Assembly: GCF_009834535.1 (NCBI RefSeq)
Contig: NC_045697.1
Coordinates: forward strand, 49,106,001 to 49,170,000
DNA from: Camelus ferus
Taxonomy: Eukaryota
Length of the DNA: 64,000 nucleotides
Direction of reading: 5' to 3'
The stretch's first letter is position 1, and each line of letters begins with the position of its first letter. The notes beneath the pieces are model-generated. The model did not search any database. It had not been told where the DNA came from and saw nothing but the letters and a program-made list of their open reading frames with translations. The position numbers and the translations under genes were made by a program. Positions 26,271 through 39,844 of the stretch are shown one piece after another.

Positions 26271-29200
26271 TCTGGTGTATATTTCATTAATTACATCGAT
26301 TTTTAGAATAAATTTTAAAGTTGCACAATATCCCTGTTTTGTTTCTGTAAGGCCAGTTTGGAAACTATATTATTAATGTTTTCAAACCATCAGGATTTTG
26401 TTTAGTTTGCTATACATTTTATATATGTCTTTTTAGTTTCCCCACGAGTCCAGCATGAAAGACAGTAGTTTGGGCCATCAGTGATGCAGTTTCAGTGAAC
26501 CTGTCTTTTCCTGCGTTTTGACCAAGCTAGACTAGAACGTTAGCATCTCTGTAACTGAATGACTCAATAATTCCCCTCTAGCCTCAGCCCTGCCAGGGGT
26601 TTTCAATCCACATGATGTAATTTAGTATTTAAAGCTAGCCTGAAAGCTCTCTTTGAAGGTAGGGGTTCTGCCATAGGTAGCGTTATAGCACCTTCCCATT
26701 CTGCTGAATGGCTGTCATACAGAATAGATGGCCGTTAGCATCGCTTGGATGAATGGAAGGGTGAAACATTCATCTCTGGGATGATTTTGTTTGTGTGTCG
26801 TTACTCAGCTTCACATTTTTGTTCCACTGTGTAGGTCAGTGGTCATGTCTGATGCCTTTCCAGTCTGGACACTTCACCTGATAATCCACTTTCCGGCTTC
26901 CCTTGAAACACGTGGCTGCTTTGCAGTGCTGGTCCCACCACAGTCCTGTGTGGCAGCAGCCTGGGCAGAGTAGAGGCCACTCTGCAGACGGGACCTCCCC
27001 CCTGCTCCCACCACCGCCACACTCCTCTTGTCTCCTGACTCCAAGGCCCAGTGAAGGTGCCCTTCATCATGGTGCCTGCTCTGCTGTCTTAACAGAGTAG
27101 AGAAATACTGTTTCTGATGCTCTTTACCAAGAGAAGGAAAATGAAAGATAGCCTGATGAAGGGGTCATGTGTTTAAAATAATGGGAGACGGCACATTTCT
27201 GTGTAGAAGTGACCGTTATTACTAGGGTTTGGCCTGCAAACATGTACAAAACTGCACCTGCTTCGTCACTGACCTTCGCCACCTGGCCCCTTCGGCATCC
27301 GAGTTTTACACTAAATAAGGCAGGATGCTATCATTATAGGAATGTAATCATTACTCTTGCAAGTGCCATTTTAAAAGGATGTGGCTTTTAATAATATACA
27401 TCTGATAATGCACAGTAATGGAAGGCAGAGGAGACGTAGATATAAATAGGTGATGAAAACATCACTTATTTCATCTGTGAGATATAATCACAACCAAACA
27501 GGTTGTTAAAATATGAATCCTGGCTCCACAAGGTACACACAGGACCAGGCATTGTTGTCATGGCCACGCTTCTTATTTATCCACATCCTAAAAATCCTTT
27601 TTCTCATCCACTCCTTGACCACTTCCCCAGCCCCCTCCAACCTCCACATATATGTCCCCAATTTTCACCGGATCATTTTGATAAAGCTTCCATCTGGCTG
27701 CTGCTTTTTCTCCCTTTAGGCTGGTAATTCTCAACCATGGTTTCACATTTGCAGTTACCTGGAAACATTTAAAAAATAACTCTTGCGGGTGTTCCATGGC
27801 AGGAGCTTTTTTTGGGATAGCTGTTCCACCCTCTTGTCCTCTATGTAATTTATAGATAGAGTAGCAGCTTACACATCAGCTAACATTTGAGCCTCAACTG
27901 TCAGATCTCATTAGCTGAAATTATTACAGTTGCCATTAGAGCAAAATGAGTTCAACAACTGTGACTTTTTTTTTTTTTTAAAGGCCAGTGCATTTGTTCC
28001 AGAGTTAAAATAAGGTCAGAGAATAAGGGTAGGATGTTAATGGCAGCTTATTTCTTTTACCTCCACAGAGAATTTTAAAAGGTAAGTAGTGCAAATTACT
28101 TACGTTACTACAAGAGTCAGCGTTGGGTTTGGTTAATTACAGGGAGACTTTTTTTAAATGATACAGCCAAACTGGCGTTTTGATATTTGGTGAATTTTAT
28201 TAATCTGGAGCCCACCGAGAATTATCTACATGCTTTTAGATCAGGTTCTCAAAGTTGGTCTGCATTATCTCTGGGTAAATTTAAACTGTGTAGATGACAA
28301 CATGGATGCTGAATTTGTGTTTAATTATTAAGTAGCACTTTGTTGAACTAAAAAAACAACCAGCAGTGCTCTTGAGGCCTGGAAGTTTCCTTAAAAGTAT
28401 GACTTACTCCCATCAAAGCCTTACGCAACTCCCTGAGTGCTTATTTTTATCATTTGGACGTGGCTTAGGCCAGGACAGCTGGTTCAGCAGCCCTCCTCGT
28501 GCTGCCTTCCTGGAAGATCTCTGCCAGGCTGGCTTGGAGGGGTTGTGTCTTGCAGCTATACCAAGTCGTGTCAGCCCCCAGCAGACGCAGATAATCCAGC
28601 CCATACCTGCGGAAAGGTGGGCTGTTGGTGTTGCTGGTGCATAAAGGGCCTGCCGGGGAATGACACATGATGGCAGGTGACAGCTGCATCAGATCACTGC
28701 AGGGCTTACCACACATGTCAAGGGCCTCACACTTTATCCTGCAAGCAGTGAGGAGTGTCTGCCCTGATAGGCACTGTTAATAGAACTCTCTAGAAGCTGA
28801 GGTGGATCATGACTTTGAAAGGAGCATGGCTGGAGAGAAGGAGGCCAGTTAGGAAACTATCTATCACCTAGTTACCTGTTAGGAGCTTGCCTAACACTGA
28901 ACAGTATTGCCACAGTCCATGCTGGTGATGAAATGGGCACAGGAACAGAAGCAGCGAAGAGGAGGTAAAAGCATTAAGACTGAGTGACTGGTTAGGGGAG
29001 AAACTCATGAGTCCCTTTTTTGGTCACACTGATGTTGAGCAGCCTGGGAGGTTTCTAGATGGGGACTACAGGATGGGTCCATGCAGCTGGAATGATCCTA
29101 GTAACTGCAGGCAAAGCCTTCTTTGGGCCGTGCATGTAAGTGTCCACGGTCACATGCATGCTGATTGTGTGTCCTTGGTTACATGTCTTCTTGGGAACAG

Positions 29201-29999
29201 GGTCTATGCTTGTCAGGCATAGAGAAAGCTCCCACTATATACATATTGGCTAATTAACTGAAAAGTAAGTTTTTCGGTCCAAAGATGATTTGACTGTTGA
29301 CAGTGCAGATTAACCACATAACTTGATCATCTTTCCAAGATTTCTTTTGATGGTACTGCCCCATTATGCCTGGAAAAACTCATAATATTCTGCTTGGCTA
29401 ACATTAATAAACAATATCCAAAGTCTCATTGTAAAACCGACTTAGGACCTTACGTGATTTTTAATTTAGTGTAAGTGGAAAACTTGCTGGTTGCAGGGCT
29501 GTCTGGTGACCCTCACCACCACAGCAGACACCTCAGTGAGGAGGATCAGTTGTTCCCAAGCCACGGCTTTATGTTTAGACTAAGCAATGGGCACCTTGTG
29601 ACCAGGGACACAGGCATATTATATCATGTGGAATGGATGACTTCTGTACCAAACATCCTCCTGGCCTGAGGTTAGGGTTATTACTTGTTAGTTTCTGAGT
29701 CCTTCCTTTGCAGAGCAAGCTCCAGGGAATGCCCTGAGGATCCGGGGCAGAAACTGGAGTTCAAGGTTAAAACAGAGGCATAATGGCAGGCATAATGAGG
29801 TAGAGGAGCCACCTGGACACTCGAGAGCTCAGTTCTCCCTTTCTTAGGTCCCCAAGGGTCCGTTCCGGCCCAGGAGTTCACCGTGACCTCACATAGCTGC
29901 CCTAGTTCCCTTTCTTTCTTCCAGAGGTAAGGGCTGACTCCCCAGGAAGGTCACAGCCCAGGTGATGACTTCTCCATAGTTTTCATGATCTTTCTGGAG

Positions 30000-30095
30000 T
30001 AATGTTGCCAAATAAAATGCAGGACGCCTAGTTAAAGTTGAATTTCAGATAAACAATGAGTAATATTTAGTGAATCTGTGCAATATTTTGATTCA
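30000..30095. mobile_element. MER53-like MITE fragment
   Basis: gttgccaaataaaatgcaggacgcctagttaaagttgaatttcagataaacaatga. Confidence 0.65.
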
Positions 30096-30704
30096 CTTCA
30101 GTTTATCAGTTCTTAATGTCCTACTATATTCATTGCTCTCTAGTGCACTTTTTCTTGAATTGTCTGATGATAAGGTGCAGACATTACAACACTTTGCCCC
30201 TGAATCCTTCAGCATTTAATCCTAAGAATGAAAGCATTTCTGACATAGCCCATGCAACAGTTGGGACATCCTTGGGCATCTTGTGTTTTTACTCACTAAA
30301 TCCGGAGGCTCTGCTTTGGGGCTGCGGTGGACTGGCAGCAGCTACCATGGCTGAGCATGGGCTTTGCAAACCCACAGACCTGAACGTGGGGGGATTTGAC
30401 GTGACCTACTGGCTCTGTGGGTTTGGGAAAGCCGGTGCCACCACTTCCTTATTTGCAAAAGTGAGAATTCATACCCTGCAGCATCAGCGCAAGGCTTAGA
30501 GTTAGTGGACATAAGGCCCTAGCACAGGACCTGACCTCTGGAGACTTTCAGTAAATAGCCGCTGGCCATGGGAGTAATGGTAATTGTCCTTCTCTGAGTT
30601 GAATGTCAGGGGAAGGAGATAAAAATAAAGAAGCAACTATTTTAGAAGTGTTGGCAGCTGTATTTATAAACTCCCCTCTGTTCTCACATTCCCTTCCCTA
30701 CTTA

Positions 30705-30766
30705 GTGTGTACGCACGCACGTACGCACGCACGCCCGTACGCATGCACGCACCCACGCACACGCAC
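30705..30766. repeat. (ACGC)n-type alternating purine-pyrimidine microsatellite
   Basis: gtgtgtacgcacgcacgtacgcacgcacgcccgtacgcatgcacgcacccacgcacacgcac; 11 CpGs, mostly on a 4-bp period. Confidence 0.9.
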
Positions 30767-33700
30767 CATGCCATCTACTCTGGAATTTACAGTGAGTTCC
30801 TTGACAAACATCTAGCCATTTGGGGTGGAGAAAGAGACATATTAAAGGTTCAAGAAAAGCCAGTGCTCTTGAGAGCAAGATCTGAATGGGATCAAAGGTG
30901 CTGTGAGACACGTCTGGGGGTTGACTCAGCTGATAGTGACCAGGGAGAGGCCGGTGACTGGGGTGGAGGCAGGCAGTGAGGGGAAGCCCAGGTTGTAACA
31001 GCATCTGCAGTCAGCGTGGCTCTGGCAAGCTGTCAGGGATCGATTTTGTTGTTAGGTTTTTTTCGTTTGCTTTGTTTAGCAAAGGACTCCAGTAGGCCAG
31101 ATGTTGATTTCGAGTCTAAAACTTCGTCATCAACTTGAAGCTTGGAGGAACTAGTTCAAGTCAGACTGTTGTGAGAACAGCCAGTGTTACCCTTCCTTCT
31201 GGAAAGGATTTTGCCCTCCTTCCTGGAAACGGTTCCCCTTCTTCCGACTTTTTTTTTTTTTTTTTTTTTTGTCGGAAAGCTGGATGCAAATCAGGCAGAT
31301 AAACTCAAGCAGTTAACCATCTGTTCACTCACCCTGACTGGCTCTTTTGGGGCTCATAATTCTAGGGTGATTTTCTTTACTTTAATAGGTAAATGAGGTT
31401 GCAAGTCCTTTCCTACACTAAGTTCCCCACACACCGTGATGCTTGTCAGGAGAAGTATGGAGGAACACTGGGTGTTCAATCAGCCATCCTGACTGTAAGA
31501 AGAAAAGAAACACTGCAAAGCCTGGGGTGGGAGGTGGGGGCCCTTGGAGCCTGCGAGGGAGAGCTGACCACAGCTGACGGCGGTGTCAGCCTCGCCGTTG
31601 TTTCGCAGGGCCCCAGGAAAAGCTTAGATGAAGTTATTCTCTGTATCCATTTCTTCTGCTTTCCCTTCGGGTCTATTTACACTTTTAGAGAATCTGAGTC
31701 TCTTTCTTAGATTTTCACTTAAAAAAATCAAAAGTGAATAATTATTTTTTCTGCTTACAGAAGTAATTTATTTTTCTTATAAAAAATCCAAACAATGTAG
31801 AGAAACTTCACAGAGAGAATGGAAGACCCCCTCATAATCCTGTTCCACAGAGATAAGTGCTATTAAAGATTTAATGTGGAGGCTTAGAGATTTTGAGGGT
31901 AACTAAAAGATCACAATCATAAAATTATCTCTATGTCACCCGCCTTAACGTTTTCACGTTTGCATTTTATCCACTGGTCTCGCCCAGACTTATTTTACAC
32001 TGTCTGCTTTTTCCTTTTAGCATACAATATGGGTAGGTTTCTTATTTATACGTAGTTTTTATTGGTTGCTTTCTACTCCAGCCTGTGAATTATCATAATT
32101 TACTAAGTCATTCTTGTCCTGTTCAACATTTTGGTTATTTCTGATTTTATGCTAATTCCTTCTTGTTTCAACCTAAATGTTATGTAGGCCTGGAGGAGAG
32201 GATTATGACTAAAGACTTTTTTCCCCTCTTTCTCTTTTATCATTTAACATTTGCTGGGTTGTCTATGGTTGAGCAGACTCAAGAAAGTGACAAGATTCCT
32301 TTTTTGCTTCAGACCAAGCCCTGGAATCCTCTCATCCTCCAGCTGAAGACGGAAATAGTCAAGATCACAGGCACCGTGTGTGGGGTATTTTGAGCATGGC
32401 CTGAGATAAGCGCTCTCACGTAGCCCTTACAATAATCCTTGCCAAGCTCTCCTTCCCACTTGTGCCAGTGTAACCTTCTCAAATGCCTCTTGCCTGTGTC
32501 AAGGGTTAGCCAGAAGGGCTTTTCTTTTATAGAGAGGAGTTAACAGGGCTGCGAAGGAAAGAAACTTAACCAAAGTTTAGTTAACAAGCATTTTCCCCCA
32601 GCTTTATTGAGGTATGATTGACAAATGAAAATTGTAGGTATTTAAGGAGGACAGTGGGGTACCTGATGTGCATTGTGAAATGATTACTACAGTCAAGCTG
32701 ATTAACGTATCCATCACCTCACAGAGTTACTTTTTATGTGTGCGCTGAGAACACCTGAGATCTACTGTTAGCCACTTTCAAGTGTCCAACATGGTGTCAT
32801 TAACCATAGTCACTGTGCTGTACATGAGCAAGCATTTTGTTCCCATTGATCAGTGGGAACAAGCTGTTCAGCTTATCAGTTACGAGGCAAAAGATGGGAA
32901 TCTGGAGGGTCCGTGTCTGACCTTGTCTTAGGTAAACAGAGAGCCGTCTGTGAATCTAAGTCACGTGGGGAGGGTGTTTCTTTGCCACCATCCATTTCCT
33001 GGAACACGGAGGAGGAGATTCCTGAACTACTGCTGTCATCCAGGAGCTTGGGGCCCCTTGGAGCACAGGTTTGCAGTGAGTCCTGGGATGGGACGCTGGC
33101 TTCACCACTAGCAAACCTCAGGCATTCCCCCAACCTCTTTGAGCTTTGGTCTCCTGAAGTGTAAAATGGGGAAGATGATTTTCATCTTGTAGACTATTAT
33201 GGGATTAGATGAGATGAATTGGCAACATAATGCCTGGCTCTTGATAGTTTTCTGCATCTCAAAAACCTTCCATAGCACAAAGCCCCACCTTGTATATTGG
33301 ATAAAATCTTGACTCTTGTGACCCCAACCTACCTCTCCAAATGAATCTCCCTACTCCCTATAAAGCCCACACCTAGACACACCTCATACTGTCCCTCCTC
33401 TGTATCTTTTATTTTCTCATTCTCCACATACACTCTTTCTGTTTAAGCAGAGGTCTCTAGGAGAGATGGATGTGGAGCAGACAGGGAGGAAGGGCTCACT
33501 CTGTCCAGCCAGGCAGGGTAGTTGAATCAACCCTAGCTGTCCATAAGGCGTGCACCCCCTTGACCTCCTCTGCTTGCCAAATTTTTATTCATTCTTCCTA
33601 GCTCACTTCAAGCACTACCTTTCCATTTCAGTTCATAGAATCCATTGTCTGAACACTATAGAGACCATTGCCTGGTATACTCATTGGCCACTTATTACAA

Positions 33701-33896
33701 TGTACTTTATATTGTTGACTATCTTGCATGTGTGTATCACTGTCCCCCTAAATAGAGGGTAAACTCCTGGAACACAGAAACCATATCTGTGTTGCTGGGT
33801 ATCTCCTACCTACTATGCTGGGCACGGACATAGTGTTCAGATGATTTGCATGCATAGATCTATACTTTGCAAGAAAACCATGAGTATAGCACTACT

Positions 33897-34251
33897 GTAT
33901 TATTTTTAACATTTTTTATTGATTTATAATCACTTTACAATGTTGTGTCGAATTCCAGTGTTCAGCACAATTTTTCAGTCATTCATGGACATATACACAC
34001 TCATTGTCACATTTTTTTCTCTGTGAGTTATCATAACATTTTGTGTATATTTCCCTGTGCTATACAGTGTAGTCTATTCTACAATTTTGAAATCCCAGTC
34101 TATCCCTTCCCACCCTCCACCCCCCTGGCAACCACAAGTCTGTATTCTCTGTCTATGAGTCTATTTCTGTCCTGTATTTACCTGTATTTACGCTTTGTTT
34201 TTGTTTGTTTGTTTTTGTTTTTCAGATTCCACATATGAGCGATCTCATATG
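33897..34251 (-). mobile_element. Young lineage-specific (camelid-type) L1 3' end
   Basis: Perfect 13-bp TSD gtatagcactact (33884-33896 / 34252-34264); the tail aacattttttattgatttataatca is nearly identical to the copy at about 52560. Confidence 0.9.
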
Positions 34252-36059
34252 GTATAGCACTACTTTAAATAGTTGTTAGAATAAAGGAACATAGATTTTT
34301 CTTTCCACCCACAAAAGAAACGGGCTTCACTTAGCTCTTTAGGGTGCTTGGATTACTGATAAGATACACAACCTAATAGGTGCTAGATCTATGTGTTTCT
34401 GATTCTATTCTCAAGCTATTGTTCTCTCCGTATCTGAATGTGGCTGAACCGGTCCGGGGACAACCACTTTCCCTAGGTATGCTTTAAAGGCTCCTTGGGC
34501 GTGTAGCGATCAAGCTGCTGTTACAGGGCCTGGGCTGCGGCTTTGCCTTTAACCGTTTGTGCCTTTCCTCTGCTCTCGCTGGTTGCCTGGCATCAAGTTC
34601 TTCTCTCCCGGCACCTTGTAAAAACAGTCAAGGGAAAATATAGTTTTCTAGTACTCTTTTGTTGATTGAACCAATGTGTCTCTAAAACCTGCATTGTCAC
34701 TGTGGGGAGAGTTTAAGGAAAAACAAAAAACTTCCACTTTTTTTTTGTAGGTCAGCACCTTCTGTTTGAAGAAGCCAGCAGTTAACCTAATATAGCTGTA
34801 CTTTCCTTCTCATTTTCTGTTGCTAATCTCACCTGCTTTATGTTGATTCCTGTTAACTTCAATTTTTAGAAGATGTTTTCTGTCCTGAACCCTTTTTTCC
34901 CTAAGAAATTCCTATGTAATGTGTTACGGGGTCCAAAGGAAGGGCTGATCCATCCAGGTAAGGGGGGGAGGGGAAGTTACTACCTTGCCCCTTTCTGGAA
35001 ATTCCTGGACAAGAAAAAGTTCTTAGTTTAATGAAATCAAATGACTTTAAAGGTATATACTGGCCTTCAAAATCCTCTAGAAGACAATGATTATCATTGA
35101 CATGTTAGACTTGTGGTAGCTAACATATCTGTTGTAGGTGGGTTATGTTTGTGTCACTGAGCTGTTTCTAGGTGCTGTATGTATACTTTACAGCAGAGAA
35201 ACTACCATGTAACTTCTATCATTAAATGTCCTCTCTCTCTGGGCCTGACTCTCCCTCGCTTCTCCTCAGATAGCTAGGATTCCTGTTTAGGAGATAAGAT
35301 AAAAGACCGCAAAGCCTAAAAAACTACCTGAAATGACCGATTAGGCTGTTCTATGACTGGCGCAAGGAGAGGTGAATGTGTGCTGTTGGGGAGGGGGGCG
35401 CTTTACCAAGGAGGGAGTCTGAGCTGGATCCAGAGCTTGGAGGAAAGGGGGTTCATGATTTGTCTTTAAATTTTTCTATCTCATCAATCTGACCTCAACT
35501 CAGCAAATCAGTACTGATAGTAAAAGCCAAGGAGATTTCAATAATGTGTTGCTTGGTTAAAAATCTGATGATTAGACATTCTGAGCTGATGCCAAACCAC
35601 AAGCATCCCCAGTTCTATGACGTGGCCAACTCATGGGTGGGAGTTTACTTCCAGCCCTCCAGATGACTGCCTTTGCTTTGACAAGCTTAGGTTTTCTGTA
35701 CTCTGTTTTCCCCCTGCAGAGGTTCTTGGGATATTTTCCATTGAGTAATAGAGCTGTATCATTAAGCTCCCTTGCAACATTGCTTCTATTAAATTGGAAG
35801 CCTGGACTACTAAAAATTGGCATCCCATTGTGTGCTGCATCACAGGACATTTTCAGCATGTGGTTTCTATTATGTTTTGAAGCTGGTCTCTCTGTTTGAT
35901 GTCTCTGAAATCCTCTCCAGTAGAGGAGTGACAGGTGATATCAGGGGATGCTTCTCTTGCAATCTAGTTATTGTGTCACTACTGGTCTTACATTGTGTTT
36001 ATCAGTAGATCTCATTTTCCTCTTTTAAAAAATTTTCCCCATGTTAGTGTTTTTTTTAG

Positions 36060-39000
36060 TTTATGGATTTATTTTACAATATCATATTTTTAAAAATTGA
36101 AGTATAGATGATGTACAATGTTATATGTTGTAAGTATGCAATATAGTGATTCACAATTTTTATAGGTTATTTTCCATTTATAGTTATAAAATATTGGCTA
36201 TATTCCCCATATTGTACAGTACACCCTTGTAGCTTATTTTATACCTGATAGTTTGTACCTTAGTCCTCTAGCTCCATCTTGCCCCTCCCCCTTCCCTCTC
36301 CCCACTGGTAGCCACTAGTTCCTTCTCTACATCTGTGAGTCTGTTTCTGTTCTGTTATATTCACTAGTTTGTTGTATTTTTTTTGATTCCACATATAAGT
36401 GATATCTTACAGTATTTGTCTTTCTCTGTCTGACTTATTTCACTTAGCATAGTGTCCTCCAAGGCCATCCATGCTCTACACCAGAAACTAATACAACATT
36501 TTAAATCAGTTGTACTTCAATTAAATAGCAAAGAACAAACAAACAACCCACTTAAAATATGGGCAGAAGAACTGAAGAGACATTTTTCCGAAAGAGGAAA
36601 TGCAGATAGCCTACAGGAGCATGAAAATTTGCTCAACATCAAATATCAGGGAAATGCAAATCAAAATCACAATGAGATGCCATCTCTCACCGGTCAGAAT
36701 GACCATCAAAAAGAACACCAATAGCAAATGTTGGCAAGGATGTGGAGAAAAGGGAATCCTTGTACACTGTTGGTGGTAATGCAAATTGGTGCAGCCACCA
36801 TGGAAAACAATATGGAGGTTTCTCAAAAACCCAAAACAGAACCACCATATGGCCCAGCAATTCTACTCCTGGGCATATACTGAGAAAAATAAAAATATTA
36901 ATTCAAAAAGATACATTCGCCCCACTACTTAACAGCAGCATCATTTATAATTGTCAAGACATGGAAGCATCCCAAGTGCACATCAACAGATGAATGGATA
37001 AAGAAGATGTAGCATATATGTGCATTGGAATACAGCTCACCCATAAAAAGGATATTTTGCCATTTGTGGCCCTTCATTAACTTTTTTTTTTTGCACTGCA
37101 AAAACCAGAATTTTGTAACTGCCATAAACATTTCCATTGCATCAAAAACAAAAACATACCTAGAAATAAACTTAACCGAAGAGGTTACCTATACTCTAAA
37201 AACTGTAAAAACATTGATGAAGGAAATTGATGATACAAAGATATGGAAAGATATCTTGTGCTCTTGGATTGGAAGAATCATTATCAAAATGGCCATACTA
37301 CCCAAAGCAACCTGCAGATTCAATGCAACCCTGTCAAAATGTGATATTTTTCATAGAGCTAGAGCAAACAGTTCCAAAATTCATATCAAACCATAAAAGA
37401 CCCTGTGTTGCCAGAACAGTCTTTTGTAGGTCTTTTTTTTTCCCTCTTTCTTCTTTTTCTTCTCTTTTTTTGTGGTTTGATGACTAGAGAAGTTCCGTTA
37501 ACATTTGTTGTAAAGCTGGGTTGGTGGTGCTGAATTCTTTTAGGTTTTGTTTATCTGTGAAGCTTTTGATTTCTCCATCAAATCTGAATGAGAGCCTTGC
37601 TGGATAGAGTATTCTTGGTTGTGAGTTTTCCCCTTGCATCACTTTAAATATATTATGCCACTCACTTCTGGCCTATAGAGTTTCTGCTGAAAAATCAGCT
37701 GATAACCTTATGGGAGTTCCCTTTTATATTATTTGTTGCTTTTCTCTTGCTAATTTTAATATTTTCTCCTTATCCTTAATTGTTGTCAATTTGATGACTA
37801 TGTGCCTTGGTGTGTTCCTCTTTGGGTTGATTCTGTGTGGAACTCTTTGCACTTCCTGGACTTGAGTGACTTTCCTTTCCCAAGTTGGGGAAGTTTTTGG
37901 TTATCTCTTCAAAAATTTTATCAGGTCTTTTCTCTCTCTGTCTTCCTTTTCTGGGACCCCTGTCATGTGAACATTAGTGCACTTCATGTTGTCCCAGAGT
38001 TCTTTTAAACTACCCTCATTTCTTTTCATTCTTTTTTCTTTTTTCTGTTCTGCAGTACTGATTTCCACTAATCTGTCTTCTAGCTCACTGATTCGTTCTT
38101 CTGCCTCATTTAGTCTATTCTTGGTTCCTTTTAGTGTGTTATTCATTTCAGTAATTTTATTCTTCAACTCTGGGCATTCTTTATATTTTCCAGCTGTGCT
38201 AAAAACTTTACTCTGTGCATCTGTACTCCTCTTGAGTTCTCTGAACATCTTGGCCATCATTACTTTAAACTCTTACTCAGATAAATTGCCTTTCACCTTA
38301 TCACTTATTTCTTCTGGGATTTTATCTTGTGCCTTAGCCTGGGACATATTCCTTTGTCGTCTCGTATCGTCTATCTTTCTATTTTTATTTTAGGTAAGTT
38401 AGTTATGTTTCTCCACCTTGGAGAGGAGGCCCTATGTGGGAGATGTCCTATGCGTCCCAGCAGTACACTCCTCTCTTGTCACCCAAGGGCCAGGGCCCAG
38501 CCAGTCCCAGTGTAGAGTCTGGCCTGTTTTTGTGGATTCCTTCCACAGGCTTTGGGATTGTTGTTTTCTTATTTCTAGTATCTGCACATGGTGGATGAGG
38601 TTAGACTAGAGGCTTATGCAGGGTCCTGGCAGCAGGAGCTGGTGCCTGCCCACTGCTGGTGAAGCTTGGTCTTGGACCTCTGATGGGTAGGGCCATGTCT
38701 AGAGGCATTTGTGGCTCAGGAAGTCTGCAGATGGGAGGGGCTGTGTTCCCACCCAGTATGTTGTTTGGCCTGAGGCTCCCTAGCCCTTGAGCCTATAAGC
38801 TGTTGGGTGGGGCTAGGTCTTGGTGCTAATGACCCAAACAAGATGTCAGCCTCCAGGAAAGCTCATATAGATGAACACTCCTGGAATGTCCACTGCCAGC
38901 TTTTATGTCCCCTGGGTGAGCCACAACTGTCCCCTACCTTCCCAGGAGAACTTCTAAAACCAGCAGGCAGGTCTGGCCCAGGTTCCTATGAGATCACTGC

Positions 39001-39452
39001 CTCTACCCTTGGACCTGGCACATGCAAGATTCTGTGTATCCTTACCAAGAGAATGAAGTCTGTTTCCCCCAGTCCCATGGTGCTCCTGGAGCTAAGCCAC
39101 ACTGGCCTTCGAAACCAGATGTCCTGGGATCTCCTCCTCCCAATGCCAGAACCCTGGGCTGGGGAGCCTGATGTGGGGCTCAGAACTCTCCTGTGGGAGC
39201 ACCTCTGTGATTTAGTTATTCTTCAGCTTGTGGGTCACCCACCCTGGGGGTATGGAGCCCGATTATATCGCAGGCACCACCCCTCCTACTGTCCCATTGT
39301 GGTTCCCTTTTTATGTTTCCAGTAGGAGATCTTTTTTGCTAGGTTCTAGTCTTTTTATTCAATGGTTGTTTAGCAGTCAGTTGTGGTTTTGTTGTAGTCA
39401 CGAGGAGAGGTGAGCTCGTGGTCCTACTACTCTGTCATCTTGACCAGAAATC
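36060..39452 (-). mobile_element. Rearranged L1: 5' end/5' UTR + ORF1 and 3' UTR on the minus strand, with two ORF2 blocks on the plus strand
   Basis: L1 5' terminus (reverse complement gagatttctggtcaagatgacagagtag) at about 39452; ORF 37901..38260 is an ORF1p coiled coil (NRLNEAEERISELEDR..LKELWDN); plus-strand ORF2 pieces at about 36530-37069 and 37140-37420 (WKDILCSWIGRIIIKMAILPKA); minus-strand 3' UTR at 36090-36475. Confidence 0.85.
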
Positions 39453-39636
39453 TCCCTGTTAATTTTTTTTAAATTCATTAGAAAAAACTTGGAAAATACA
39501 GACTCTCATCAAGTAGAAAATAACAACAATCCAGATTCCAACATGCAGAGTTAATCACTCTTCACATTCTGGCTTGTTTTCTTTTAGTCTGTGCTTTTAT
39601 CTTTCTTGTAGTCTTAACTTTAAAAATGCGGTTTTT

Positions 39637-39761
39637 CATAATGGAAAAGAAACTGAAAAAATATATATGAATGTATGCATATGTATAATTGAGTCACTTT
39701 GCTGCACACCTGAAACTAACATTGTAAATTGACTACACTTCAATTAAAAAATAAGAATTTA
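39637..39761 (+). mobile_element. Short L1 3' tail
   Basis: TSD aaaaatgcggttttt (39622-39636) / aaaaatgcagttttt (39762-39776). Confidence 0.85.
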
Positions 39762-39844
39762 AAAAATGCAGTTTTTGTTTATTAACAAGTTAAAGACTAT
39801 TAGGACTACTGGATATTAGGTTTCTCTCTATTAACCTTGGGTGC

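Noticed and set aside
38807..39325. 172-aa plus-strand ORF as an ORF0-like antisense L1 protein
   Set aside because: It lies in the antisense of a decayed L1 5' UTR, starts at a non-ATG codon and has no recognisable motif; most likely a chance ORF.
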